From contig CANJPZ010000001.1 in assembly GCA_947476325.1 (NCBI GenBank), positions 202,021 through 266,020 of the forward strand: a DNA stretch of 64,000 nt. The letters are read 5' to 3'. The translations under genes and the position numbers were made by a program. The stretch is from Caulobacteraceae bacterium (GTDB taxonomy: Bacteria > Pseudomonadota > Alphaproteobacteria > Caulobacterales > Caulobacteraceae). The notes under the pieces are model-generated. The model was not told where the DNA came from. It made no database searches and saw only the letters and a list, made by a program, of their open reading frames with translations. Below, piece after piece: positions 49,100 to 59,746 of this stretch; positions within the stretch are counted from its first letter, which is position 1, and each line of letters begins with the position of its first letter.

Positions 49100-49124
49100 C
49101 GCGCCCGGCCTGGTTGAAGGCATG

Positions 49125-50273
49125 TCAGGCGTTGCCGGTAATGTCGCTCCAGAACGCCTTGGCCTTGCCGACGAAGCCGCTGCTCTCCGGGTGCTGGTGG
49201 TCGGTGCAGCCTTCGGAGAATTCGCGCATCAGGTCCTTCTGGCGCGCGGTCAGGCGGGTGGGCGTCTCGACAAAGATCTCGACCACTAGGTCGCCGCGCT
49301 GCGGGCCGCGCAGGGACGGCATGCCCTTGCCCTTGATGCGCACGGTGCGGCCGGTCTGGGCGCCTTCGGGGATTTTTACTGTGGCGCGGCAGGCATCTTC
49401 GGCGTCGGCCTTGAGGCAGGGGGCTTCAACGTCGCCGCCCAGCGCCGCCTTGCACATCGGCACCGGTACGGTGACCAGCAGGTCCAGGCCGTCCCGCTCG
49501 AACAGTTCGTGCGGCCTGACCGACAGGAAGATGTAGAGATCACCCTTGGGCCCGCCGCGCGCGCCGGCGTCGCCCTCGCCCGACAGGCGGATGCGCGAGC
49601 CGTCGTCGACGCCGGCCGGAATGGCGACATTCAGGGTGCGCTCGCGGCGCACCATGCCGTGGCCGCGGCAGTCGCGACAGGGATCGAGCACCAGACGGCC
49701 GGTGCCGTTACAGCGGGGACAGGCCCGTTCGACCGCGAAAAAGCCCTGCTGGGCCCGCACGCGGCCCTGGCCGTTACAGCCGCCGCAGGTGGTGGGGCTG
49801 GTGCCCGGCTTGGCGCCCGAGCCCTCGCAGGTCTCGCAGGTGAAGGTGACCGGGAACTTGATCTCGACGTCGGCGCCGGCATAGGCCTGGGCCAGGTCGA
49901 TCTCCAGGTCATAGCGCAGGTCGCCGCCCCGCTGGGGCCCCTGGTTCTGGCGCCCACGGCCGCCGCCGAAGATGTCGCCAAAGGCCTGGCCGAACACGTC
50001 GCCAAAGATGTCGTTGATGTCGGGGCCCGCGCCGCCGCCCATCCCGGCCGAGCCGTTGACGCCGGCATGACCGAACCGGTCATAGGCCGCGCGTTTTTGC
50101 GGGTCCGACAGCACCGAATAGGCTTCGTTTATTTCCTTGAAGCGGCCTTCAGCATCCTCGCAACCGCCGTTTCGGTCGGGGTGATGCTCCATGGCGGCCT
50201 TGCGGAACGCCGTCTTCAGAGACGCTTCATCGCACCCGCGGCCGACTCCGAGAACTTCGTAATAATCACGCAT
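49125..50273 (-). CDS. dnaJ: Molecular chaperone DnaJ
   Basis: J domain (DYYEVLGV...HPDRN), G/F region, and four CxxCxGxG zinc motifs. Confidence 0.96.
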   Translation of the reverse strand: MRDYYEVLGVGRGCDEASLKTAFRKAAMEHHPDRNGGCEDAEGRFKEINEAYSVLSDPQKRAAYDRFGHAGVNGSAGMGGGAGPDINDIFGDVFGQAFGDIFGGGRGRQNQGPQRGGDLRYDLEIDLAQAYAGADVEIKFPVTFTCETCEGSGAKPGTSPTTCGGCNGQGRVRAQQGFFAVERACPRCNGTGRLVLDPCRDCRGHGMVRRERTLNVAIPAGVDDGSRIRLSGEGDAGARGGPKGDLYIFLSVRPHELFERDGLDLLVTVPVPMCKAALGGDVEAPCLKADAEDACRATVKIPEGAQTGRTVRIKGKGMPSLRGPQRGDLVVEIFVETPTRLTARQKDLMREFSEGCTDHQHPESSGFVGKAKAFWSDITGNA

Positions 50274-50344
50274 CGCGGACAGCCTTAACGCTTAACCGTA
50301 AAGGGGAGGTAAGGTGGGCGGCGGCGGCTTGCAAGGCCGCCGTT

Positions 50345-50455
50345 GCGTCCTTCGAGACGCCCGCCACCGCGGGCTCCTCAGGATGACGAGCTGTTTGGAT
50401 TGCAAAAATACTCGTCATGCTGAGGAGCGCTCGCAGAGCGCGTCTCGAAGCACGC
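50345..50455. repeat. About 111-bp nested imperfect inverted repeat (MITE/REP-like) in the dnaK-dnaJ spacer
   Basis: Left arm gcgtccttcgagacgc...ctcctcaggatgacgag and right arm ctcgtcatgctgaggag...gcgtctcgaagcacgc. Two blocks of 17 and 16 nt pair with one mismatch each, around a 20-nt AT-richer loop. Confidence 0.6.
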
Positions 50456-50473
50456 AGGACGGATCGCCCTGCA

Positions 50474-52384
<1,911 letters not shown>

Positions 52385-52483
52385 GTATCAAAAGTCTCCT
52401 GTCGTGGCGGACATAGGCGTCTGGGCCTTGTCGATAAAGCACCCTTTGGAACCCGTGTCCCCGTACTCTGTTTGATGAGGCGC

Positions 52484-52514
52484 ATATGGGATCGGATGGG
52501 GATGACGCAAGGGG
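52484..52514 (-). promoter_or_regulatory. Sigma-32 (RpoH) heat-shock promoter of dnaK
   Basis: Minus strand reads CCCCTTG-N17-CCCATAT (compare the consensus CCCTTGAA-N13-17-CCCCATnT), about 100 nt upstream of the dnaK ATG. Confidence 0.6.
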
Positions 52515-52556
52515 ATGTTACACTTTGAATAGATTCAGCTTGTGGACCGATTGACC

Positions 52557-53171
52557 ATGCCGCCCACCCATCTCGCCGGCTTTCAGCTGATCCTGGGTGC
52601 CCTTGGACCGCAAGATCAGGCCGCCCTGCTGGGCGAAATCATGGACCGCGTGCCGCCGGCGCCCTTCTATCGGCCGGTCACACCGGGCGGAAAGGCCATG
52701 AGCGTGGCCATGACCAATTTCGGGCCCCTGGGCTGGTTCACCGACCGGGCCAGCTACCGCTATGTCGACCGCCATCCCCAAACCGGCGGGCCCTGGCCCG
52801 ATATTCCGCCCGCCCTGCTCGAACTTTGGCGCCGACATTCCGGTTCTGACGCCGCGCCCGATGCCTGTCTGGTCAATTTCTATGATGCGGCGGCGCGGAT
52901 GTCGCTGCACGCCGACCTGGACGAGGCCGACTTTTCCGTGCCCGTCCTGTCGGTATCCCTTGGCGACACGGCCATTTTTCGCCTCGGCGGTCTGAGCCGG
53001 AGCGACCCCACCGTCTCGTTCCGCCTGGCTTCCGGCGATGTTGTCGTACTGGGCGGGCAGGCCCGGCGCGCCTATCACGGCGTCGACCGGATCATCCCCG
53101 GGTCGTCCCGGCTGATTTCCGGGGGCGGACGCATCAATTTGACGATGCGCCGGGCGGCGGCTCTGGGTTAG
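52557..53171 (+). CDS. alkB: Alpha-ketoglutarate-dependent dioxygenase AlkB
   Basis: MSVAMTNFGPLGWFTDRASYRY, LVNFY...MSLHADLDE, and RRAYHGV...RINLTMR. ATG 52557 preferred; GTG 52542 is possible. Confidence 0.88.
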   Translation: MPPTHLAGFQLILGALGPQDQAALLGEIMDRVPPAPFYRPVTPGGKAMSVAMTNFGPLGWFTDRASYRYVDRHPQTGGPWPDIPPALLELWRRHSGSDAAPDACLVNFYDAAARMSLHADLDEADFSVPVLSVSLGDTAIFRLGGLSRSDPTVSFRLASGDVVVLGGQARRAYHGVDRIIPGSSRLISGGGRINLTMRRAAALG

Positions 53172-53195
53172 TATGCCGCGTCAAGGAGACGCACC

Positions 53196-54101
53196 ATGGT
53201 CAAGCTCACCCGCCCGGAAGGCTGGCAGCCCGAGGACTTCCACACCACCCGGCGCGCCATTGCGCCGATGTTCTTTGCCGGATACGCCGCCGCGGCCGTC
53301 GCCGCCGACGCCCAGGAAAAGACCATTCATACGGATGAAGAGGGCCTGATCTGCGAGGCCATCCGCATCCCTGGCGGCAATGCGCCGATCCCGGCCTATG
53401 TTGCACGGCCCAATGCGCGAGGCCGGTTTCCGACCATCATCGTCATCCCCGAGGTGTTCGGCCTGCACGAATACATCCGCGACACCTGCCGCCGCCTGGC
53501 CAAGCTGGGCTATGTGGCCCTGGCGCCCGATACGTTCTTCCGGGCCGGGGACCCGGCACCCCTGACCGACCTGGCCAAGATCCAGGAGGTCGTCGCCAAG
53601 GCCACCAACGCCCAGGTGATGGATGACCTGAACTCGATCGGCAAATGGATCGAGCGTCAGCCCTTTGCCCAGAACGCCTTTGGAATCACGGGTTTCTGCT
53701 GGGGCGGTGCGGTGGTCTGGATGGCGCTGGCTCGCTTCAGTGGCCTGAAAGCCGGCGTCGCCTGGTACGGGCGGCTGCGCAAACCGCCTGCCGGGCAGTT
53801 CCTCGGCGATGAGGCCCGGCCATGGCCGCTGGATATCGCCACCCAGGTCCGCTCGCCGATTCTGGGCCTCTACGGCGGCCGCGATCAGGGCATCCCCAAG
53901 TCTGACGTCGACGAGATGAACGGGCTGCTGCAGCGGATGAACCGCACAGGCAGCCAGATCATTGTCTACCCCGACGCCCAGCACGGCTTCCACGCCGACT
54001 ACCGCGCCACCTACAACGAGGCGGCGGCGAAGGACGGCTGGAACAAGATGCTGGCCCACTTTGCGCGCAACGGCCTGGCCCCACGGCCGGCGGGGCGGTA
54101 G
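53196..54101 (+). CDS. Dienelactone hydrolase family protein, Tat-exported
   Basis: TTRRAIAPMFFAGYAAAAVAA signal-like N-terminus, EVFGLHEYIRD, nucleophile block GITGFCWGG, and C-terminal DAQHGF. Confidence 0.88.
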   Translation: MVKLTRPEGWQPEDFHTTRRAIAPMFFAGYAAAAVAADAQEKTIHTDEEGLICEAIRIPGGNAPIPAYVARPNARGRFPTIIVIPEVFGLHEYIRDTCRRLAKLGYVALAPDTFFRAGDPAPLTDLAKIQEVVAKATNAQVMDDLNSIGKWIERQPFAQNAFGITGFCWGGAVVWMALARFSGLKAGVAWYGRLRKPPAGQFLGDEARPWPLDIATQVRSPILGLYGGRDQGIPKSDVDEMNGLLQRMNRTGSQIIVYPDAQHGFHADYRATYNEAAAKDGWNKMLAHFARNGLAPRPAGR

Positions 54102-54162
54102 GGCGCAGGGAGCATTTAGTGTCGGGCGAACGCGCGCCTTGCGGCGCGGGCGTGAGCGCAGC

Positions 54163-54390
54163 CTACTTCTTGGCGGTGAAGCCGGCGAACTTGGCGTTGA
54201 AGCGCGAGACGCGGCCGCCACGATCGAGCATCGCCGAGCCGCCGCCGGTCCAGGCCGGGTGGGTCTTCGGATCGATATCGAGGTTCAGGGTCGCGCCTTC
54301 CTTGCCGTAGGTGGAACGGGTCTGATAGGTCGTCCCATCGGTCATCACCACGGTGATCATGTGGTAGTCGGGGTGGCCTTCGGGTTTCAT
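54163..54390 (-). CDS. rpmE: 50S ribosomal protein L31 (no CxxC zinc motif)
   Basis: [27 protein letters not shown]...RFNAKF. Confidence 0.95.
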   Translation of the reverse strand: MKPEGHPDYHMITVVMTDGTTYQTRSTYGKEGATLNLDIDPKTHPAWTGGGSAMLDRGGRVSRFNAKFAGFTAKK

Positions 54391-54520
54391 CGTTCGGTCC
54401 TGGCGGCTAAGGCAATATTTTCAGGCGCAGATTAGGTGCGCCCCGAAAATGGATGGGCGGCTATAGCGAAAGCGGGCCTTCGAAGCAAGACCGCGCGGCA
54501 AGAGGCTGGAGAGCAGACCG

Positions 54521-56371
54521 ATGAGTGACGATATGGCCGCTGACGCAGCCGCTGACGGACGCCCCGGCGCCGGAGCCACCCTGGCGAGCGGCATGCAGGA
54601 TGCGGCGGCCAAGCGCCCCCGCTCGCGCGACGTCCGGCCCCTGACCCGCCTGTTCCCCTTTGTCGCCGCCCACAAGGCCGACGCCCTGCCGGCCCTGTTC
54701 TTCCTGTTGCTGTCCACGGCCTCCAGCCTCAGCCTGACCTTTGCTGTACGGCTGCTGATCGACGACGGCTTCATCAAGGGCACCGGATCCAAGCTGGATC
54801 AGATGTTCATGCTGCTGGCGGGGGTGGCCGTGATGCTCGCCCTGGCCTCGGCCCTGCGGTATTTCTTCGTCACCAAACTGGGCGAGCGCGTGGTCGCCGA
54901 CCTGCGCGAGGCGCTCTACACCCACATCCTGACGCTGGATCCGGCCTATTTCATCCATACCCGCACCGGCGAGGTGCTCTCGCGCCTGACCACCGACATC
55001 ACCATTGTCGAAAATCTGCTGGCCTCGTCGGCCTCGATCGCGCTTCGCAACACCCTGATGATGATCGGCGCCGTCAGCGTCCTGATGATCTTCTCACCCC
55101 GGCTGACCCTTTATGTGCTGCTGCTGGCGCCGGTGATCGTCGTGCCGATGTTCGTGGTCGGTCGGTTGGTGCGCAAACGCTCGATCGCCGCCCAGGATCG
55201 TTTCGCTGAGGCGGTTGGCTTCGCCGGCGAGAGCCTCGATGCGCTCGACACTGTCCAGGCCTTTGGCCGCGAGAAAAACGCCTCGGACCGGTTCATCGGC
55301 GCCGTGGAGCTGGCCTTCAAGACCTCGGTCAAGCGCATCCAGGCGCGCGGCCTGATGACTGCCCTGGTCATGGCCCTGGTCACCAGCGGTGTCGCCACCG
55401 TGCTGTGGCTCGGCGCCCATGCGGTCAAGGATGGCGTCATGTCGGTGGGCGACCTGTTCCAGTTCGCCATGCTGTCGGTCATGGCGGCCGGCGCGGTCGG
55501 CGCCCTGGGCGAAGTGTGGGGCGAGGTTCAAAAGGCCTCCGGTGCCATGGCCCGCATCTCCGAACTGATGGAGGCCAAGCCCACCATCGCCGCGCCGGCC
55601 AACCCCGTCACCCTGCCCAGCCCGGCCCACGGCGAGATCGCCTTTGAGTCTGTCACCTTCGCCTATCCGGGCCGGGACGAAGCTCCTGCCCTGCGCGGCT
55701 TTTCCCTGCATGTGCGCCCCGGCGAGACCGTCGCCCTGGTCGGCCCTTCAGGCGCCGGCAAGAGCACGGTGCTGCGTCTGTTGCTGCGCTTTTACGATCC
55801 CCAGGCGGGCGCCGTGCGCATCGACGGCGTCGATCTGAAGGATGCCGACCCGAAAGAGGTTCGCGCCCGATGCGCCCTGGTGGCCCAGGACGCTTCGCTG
55901 TTCTCCGGCCCGGCCGCCGACAACATCCGTTTCGGCCGCGAGGATGCGACGGACGCCGAGGTCCGTGAAGCAGCCAACGCCGCTGAGGCCGAAGGCTTCC
56001 TCAACGCCCTGCCGGAAGGCTTCAACACAAAAATCGGCGAGCGGGCCAAGACCTTGTCCGGCGGCCAGCGTCAGCGCCTGGCCATCGCACGCGCCCTGGT
56101 TCGCAATGCGCCCATCCTGCTGCTCGATGAAGCCACCAGCGCCCTGGACGCTGAAAACGAGCGCCTGGTGCAGAACGCGCTCGCCCGCGCCATGACCGGC
56201 CGCACGACCCTAGTCATCGCTCACAGGCTGGCCACAGTGCTCAAGGCCGACCGCATCGTGGTGATGGACGAAGGCCGCGTGGTCGAGCAGGGCACCCACC
56301 ACGAACTGTCGGCCAAGGGCGGCCTCTATGCCAAACTGGCCCGGCTGCAGTTCGCCGGCGAAGCGGCCTAG
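54521..56371 (+). CDS. ABC transporter, fused permease/ATP-binding (ABCB exporter type)
   Basis: Six-TM N-domain, Walker A GPSGAGKST, signature LSGGQRQR, Walker B LLLDEATSALD. Confidence 0.9.
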   Translation: MSDDMAADAAADGRPGAGATLASGMQDAAAKRPRSRDVRPLTRLFPFVAAHKADALPALFFLLLSTASSLSLTFAVRLLIDDGFIKGTGSKLDQMFMLLAGVAVMLALASALRYFFVTKLGERVVADLREALYTHILTLDPAYFIHTRTGEVLSRLTTDITIVENLLASSASIALRNTLMMIGAVSVLMIFSPRLTLYVLLLAPVIVVPMFVVGRLVRKRSIAAQDRFAEAVGFAGESLDALDTVQAFGREKNASDRFIGAVELAFKTSVKRIQARGLMTALVMALVTSGVATVLWLGAHAVKDGVMSVGDLFQFAMLSVMAAGAVGALGEVWGEVQKASGAMARISELMEAKPTIAAPANPVTLPSPAHGEIAFESVTFAYPGRDEAPALRGFSLHVRPGETVALVGPSGAGKSTVLRLLLRFYDPQAGAVRIDGVDLKDADPKEVRARCALVAQDASLFSGPAADNIRFGREDATDAEVREAANAAEAEGFLNALPEGFNTKIGERAKTLSGGQRQRLAIARALVRNAPILLLDEATSALDAENERLVQNALARAMTGRTTLVIAHRLATVLKADRIVVMDEGRVVEQGTHHELSAKGGLYAKLARLQFAGEAA

Positions 56372-57333
56372 CCCCCGCGGGCCTCGACGCCGATGGCCGG
56401 AAAGTCGGTGAAGAAGCCGTCGATGCCCATAGCCAGGTACTTGCGCATATAGCCGACGATGTTGCCGTGGGCGTTGGGATCGGTCCCGATCTTGAACTCG
56501 GCCGGCAGGAAGCTGTTCTCCGCGCGGAAGGTGTAGGGATGCACCTTGATGCCCAGCTTGTGGGCGGTTTCGACCAGATGCGGCGTGACCAGCGAGATGT
56601 CGGGGCCAAGGCCGGTGGCATATTCGGCGACACGGGCCAGGCCCTCGTCGGTCAGCAGGGCCCGGTCCGAGGTGGTCTGGACGATGGTCGAGGCGGTCCT
56701 GCCCTTCACCGCCTTCAGGGCGTCGGGTTCAAAGCTTTGCAGGAACACCGGGGTCATCGGACTGGGCAGGCCGTTGGCGGCCAGCATGGCCAGCAGCAGC
56801 TTGTCGGTCTCAAAGCCCTTGGCCTTCAGTTCGGCCCACTGTTTCAGCTCGGGATAGATGCCGATCGGCCGGCCCAGCCGCGCCGATTCCGATTTGGCCA
56901 GGTCGATAACCTGCTGCAGGGTCGGCGGGATTTCCTGGCCGTCGTATTTCGCATTGTCCGGGCGGATGTTCGGGATCCGCTCCTTGGCCCGCAGGGTCTG
57001 GTACTCGGCCAGGGTGAAGTCCTCGACGTACCACTTGCCGTCCTTGCCGCGCGCCGCGAACTCGGGGTGGGTGGAGACATTGGTGGTGGTTGAGATTTCC
57101 GACTCGTGACGGGCGACCAGCACGCCGTCCTTCGTCACCACCAGATCGGGCTCGATGACATCGCCGCCCTGGGCAATGGCCAGCCGGTAGCCCAGCAGGG
57201 TGTGCTCGGGCCGAAGACCGCTGGCGCCGCGATGGGCGATGACCAGAGGCTTGGCGGGTTGCGCCCTCACCAGGGTCGGGGTCATGGCGGCGGCGAAAAG
57301 CAGGCCGGAGGCTGCGCGGCGTGTGATGGTCAT
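56368..57333 (-). CDS. glpQ: Periplasmic glycerophosphodiester phosphodiesterase
   Basis: Tat-like MTITRRAASGLLFAAAM signal and VIAHRGASGLRPEHT...EPDLVVTKDGVLVARHE. Start at internal ATG 57333. Confidence 0.88.
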   Translation of the reverse strand: MTITRRAASGLLFAAAMTPTLVRAQPAKPLVIAHRGASGLRPEHTLLGYRLAIAQGGDVIEPDLVVTKDGVLVARHESEISTTTNVSTHPEFAARGKDGKWYVEDFTLAEYQTLRAKERIPNIRPDNAKYDGQEIPPTLQQVIDLAKSESARLGRPIGIYPELKQWAELKAKGFETDKLLLAMLAANGLPSPMTPVFLQSFEPDALKAVKGRTASTIVQTTSDRALLTDEGLARVAEYATGLGPDISLVTPHLVETAHKLGIKVHPYTFRAENSFLPAEFKIGTDPNAHGNIVGYMRKYLAMGIDGFFTDFPAIGVEARGG

Positions 57334-57385
57334 GGACAAGCTCCCTAGAGCATTTTCATGACAGAAGAATCGCCGGCTGGAAACG

Positions 57386-57607
57386 TCAGGCGATTTTGCG
57401 GATGCCCCACCACCGGCGCAGGGCCGCAACCACCCAGAACAGTTCGACCACGCCGAACGGCCAGGCGCCCTGGGCAAACCCGTAGATCGAGCTCAGCAGA
57501 CAGGTGAAGGCAAAGCCCAGTGTCCACCCGTGCCCCCGCGATTCCAGCACGTAACAGACCAGCATCGCGGCCAGGGAGCCGACGCCAAAGGCGGTAAGGG
57601 CGTCCAT
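57386..57607 (-). CDS. Small (73 aa) two/three-TM membrane protein
   Basis: MDALTAFGVGSLAAMLVCYVLES...WPFGVVELFWVVAALRRWW. It starts 10 nt after the suhB-like stop, and GC3 is high. Confidence 0.6.
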   Translation of the reverse strand: MDALTAFGVGSLAAMLVCYVLESRGHGWTLGFAFTCLLSSIYGFAQGAWPFGVVELFWVVAALRRWWGIRKIA

Positions 57608-57617
57608 CAGTCGGGTG

Positions 57618-58409
57618 TCAGGCCGCGGCCTTGAGCCGCTCCAGGATCAGGGGCTGGATGTCCGGGTTGCCGGCGACTATGCCGCCGGTGCCCAGAACGT
57701 CCTCGCCGCCGTCGGCGTTGGACCAGGTCCCGCCGGCTTCCGACACCAGCAAAAGGCCGGCGGCCATGTCCCAGGGCGACAGATCGCGCTCCCAGAAGCC
57801 GTCGAAACGCCCCGCCGCCACAAAGGCCAGGTCCAGCGAGGCCGCGCCAAACCGGCGCACGCCGGCGACCTTCTGGGTCATCTGGTGCAGTTCCTTCAGG
57901 AACCGGCCGTGCTGGCCATGGCCCATGAACGGAATGCCGGTGGCCAGCAGGGCATCGTCCAGGCTCTTGCGGGCCGAGACGCGCAGGCGGCGGTCGTTGT
58001 GGTAGGCGCCCTTGTTCTTTTCCGCCCAGTAAAGGTCGCTGGTCACGGGGTTATAGGTCACCGCCGCCACGATGGCGCCGTCGCGCTCGAGCGCGATATT
58101 GACCGCAAAGTGGGGGATGGCGTGCATGAAGTTGGTGGTGCCGTCGAGGGGATCGACGATCCAGCGGTGGGTCTTGTCCGAGCCCTCGATCATGCCGCAT
58201 TCCTCGCCGAGGAAACCGTAGCCGGGACGCACCCGCTCCAGCTCTTCGCGCACGACCTTTTCGGCCTTGGTGTCGGCCGAGGTCACGAAATCGGCCAGAC
58301 CCTTGCGGGAGACCTGCAGGTTCTCAAGCTCGCCGAAATCGCGCGACAGACCCTTGGCGGCCTTGCGGGCCGCGTCGGTCATGACTTTCAACAGGGCTGA
58401 CTGGGTCAC
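57618..58409 (-). CDS. suhB: Inositol monophosphatase family protein (SuhB-like)
   Basis: SALLKVMTDAARKA, WIVDPLDGTTNF, WDMAAGLLLVSEAGG. The GTG at 58409 (4 nt after the efp stop) is preferred over the TTG at 58454. Confidence 0.86.
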   Translation of the reverse strand: MTQSALLKVMTDAARKAAKGLSRDFGELENLQVSRKGLADFVTSADTKAEKVVREELERVRPGYGFLGEECGMIEGSDKTHRWIVDPLDGTTNFMHAIPHFAVNIALERDGAIVAAVTYNPVTSDLYWAEKNKGAYHNDRRLRVSARKSLDDALLATGIPFMGHGQHGRFLKELHQMTQKVAGVRRFGAASLDLAFVAAGRFDGFWERDLSPWDMAAGLLLVSEAGGTWSNADGGEDVLGTGGIVAGNPDIQPLILERLKAAA

Positions 58410-58413
58410 GCGG

Positions 58414-58983
58414 CTAGTCCGCGCGGCGCATGTACTCGCCGGTCTCCGTATCAACCAGGACCCGTTCGCCGGCTTCCATATAGGCCGGGATCATGATGCG
58501 CATGCCGTTCGAGGCCTTGGCGGGCTTGTAGCTGCCGGACGCCGTCTGGCCCTTGACCACGCCGTCGGCCTCGATGATTTCTAGGGCGACGCTGGGCGGC
58601 AGGGCGATGCCGATCGGACGTTCTTCGTGGAATTCGACTTCAACCGGCATATTGTCGGTCAGGAACCGGGCGCGATCCTCGCCGACGAAATCCTTGTGCA
58701 GCGAGATCTGCTCGTAGGTGCCCGAATCCATGAACACCAGCATGTCGCCGTCCTCATAGAGGTACTGATAGGTCTTCTGCTCCAGCGTCACGCGCTCGAC
58801 GGTGTCGGACGAGCGGAAGCGTTCGTTCAGCTTGCGCCCGTCGATCAGGTTCTTCAGCTCGACCTGCGCAAAGGCGCCGCCCTTGCCCGGCTTGACGTGG
58901 CTGGTCTTGACCGCGACCCACAGGCCGCCGTCGTGCTGCAGCACATTTCCGGGTTTGATGAGGTTGGCGATGATCTTGGGCAT
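58414..58983 (-). CDS. efp: Elongation factor P
   Basis: [15 protein letters not shown]...[17 protein letters not shown]. Confidence 0.96.
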   Translation of the reverse strand: MPKIIANLIKPGNVLQHDGGLWVAVKTSHVKPGKGGAFAQVELKNLIDGRKLNERFRSSDTVERVTLEQKTYQYLYEDGDMLVFMDSGTYEQISLHKDFVGEDRARFLTDNMPVEVEFHEERPIGIALPPSVALEIIEADGVVKGQTASGSYKPAKASNGMRIMIPAYMEAGERVLVDTETGEYMRRAD

Positions 58984-59034
58984 GAAGCGAGGTCCGCGTT
59001 CGAAAGGGCGGCGGAACCTAGCGGCGAGGGGGCC

Positions 59035-59667
59035 TCAAGGCAAGGCGCGAGCCATCTGCGCGTTGAAGTCGCGCACCGCCGCCGCCGGACCGGCCGGATA
59101 GTCCCACACCCCGGTGACCACGGCGATGAAGTCGGCGCCGGCTTTGACCAGGGGGGCACAGTTGTCGACCTTGATCCCGCCGATGGCCACGCAAGGGATC
59201 TGCATGGTCTCCTGCCAGATGGTCAGGATATCCGGATCGGGCCGGAAGGGCGTTGCGTGGGTGTTGGTCGGATAGAAGGCGCCGAAGGCCACATAGTCGG
59301 CGCCGGCCTCGGCCGCCTCCATGGCCCGGTGACGGGAATCGGCGCAGGTCACGCCGATCATCGCTTTGGGTCCCATGATTTTGCGCGCTTCGGCGACCGT
59401 GCCGTCTTCCAGCCCGATGTGAACCCCGTCGCAGCCGTACTTCGCCGCCCAGTCGGGCCGGTCGTTGAGGATCACCGCCGCGTCGCGGGCATGGCAGATG
59501 GGAGCGATCGCATCGATGGCCGCGGCGACAACGCCTTCCGGCGCATCCTTCAGCCGGATCTGCAGCGCCGCCACATCGCCGGCGTCCAGCGCCTGGGCCA
59601 GGATGTGTCCAAAGGCGGCCAGGTCGTCGATGACCGGCGGGGTGATGAGGTAGAGGCGGCACGACAT
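59035..59667 (-). CDS. thiE: Thiamine-phosphate synthase
   Basis: LYLITPP..., [13 protein letters not shown], and IGGI...GADFIAVV. Confidence 0.92.
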   Translation of the reverse strand: MSCRLYLITPPVIDDLAAFGHILAQALDAGDVAALQIRLKDAPEGVVAAAIDAIAPICHARDAAVILNDRPDWAAKYGCDGVHIGLEDGTVAEARKIMGPKAMIGVTCADSRHRAMEAAEAGADYVAFGAFYPTNTHATPFRPDPDILTIWQETMQIPCVAIGGIKVDNCAPLVKAGADFIAVVTGVWDYPAGPAAAVRDFNAQMARALP

Positions 59668-59746
59668 GACCGCAGGCGCTAAGCCTGTTGATGAAACCCG
59701 TCAACCGGCTGGCGCGGTCTCGCGCGCCCCGGTAGCCTGCCCGCCG

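Noticed and set aside
49059-49118. A 19-codon ORF (MIPLPNHSSRRTPGRARPG) in the dnaJ downstream spacer.
   Set aside because: It is encoded across the REP-like hairpin, which is a classic spurious ORF generated by repeat elements.
50285-50296. TTAAC-gc-TTAAC just upstream of dnaJ as a CtrA box.
   Set aside because: The CtrA consensus is TTAA-N7-TTAAC (about 11-bp period), whereas here the repeats are 7 bp apart. No full CtrA box was seen in any intergenic region of the window.
59666-59746. ATG 59666 as the mutS start.
   Set aside because: It overlaps the divergent thiE start codon. The conserved MutS N-terminus (SPVMAQFFD...) follows closely after ATG 59747.
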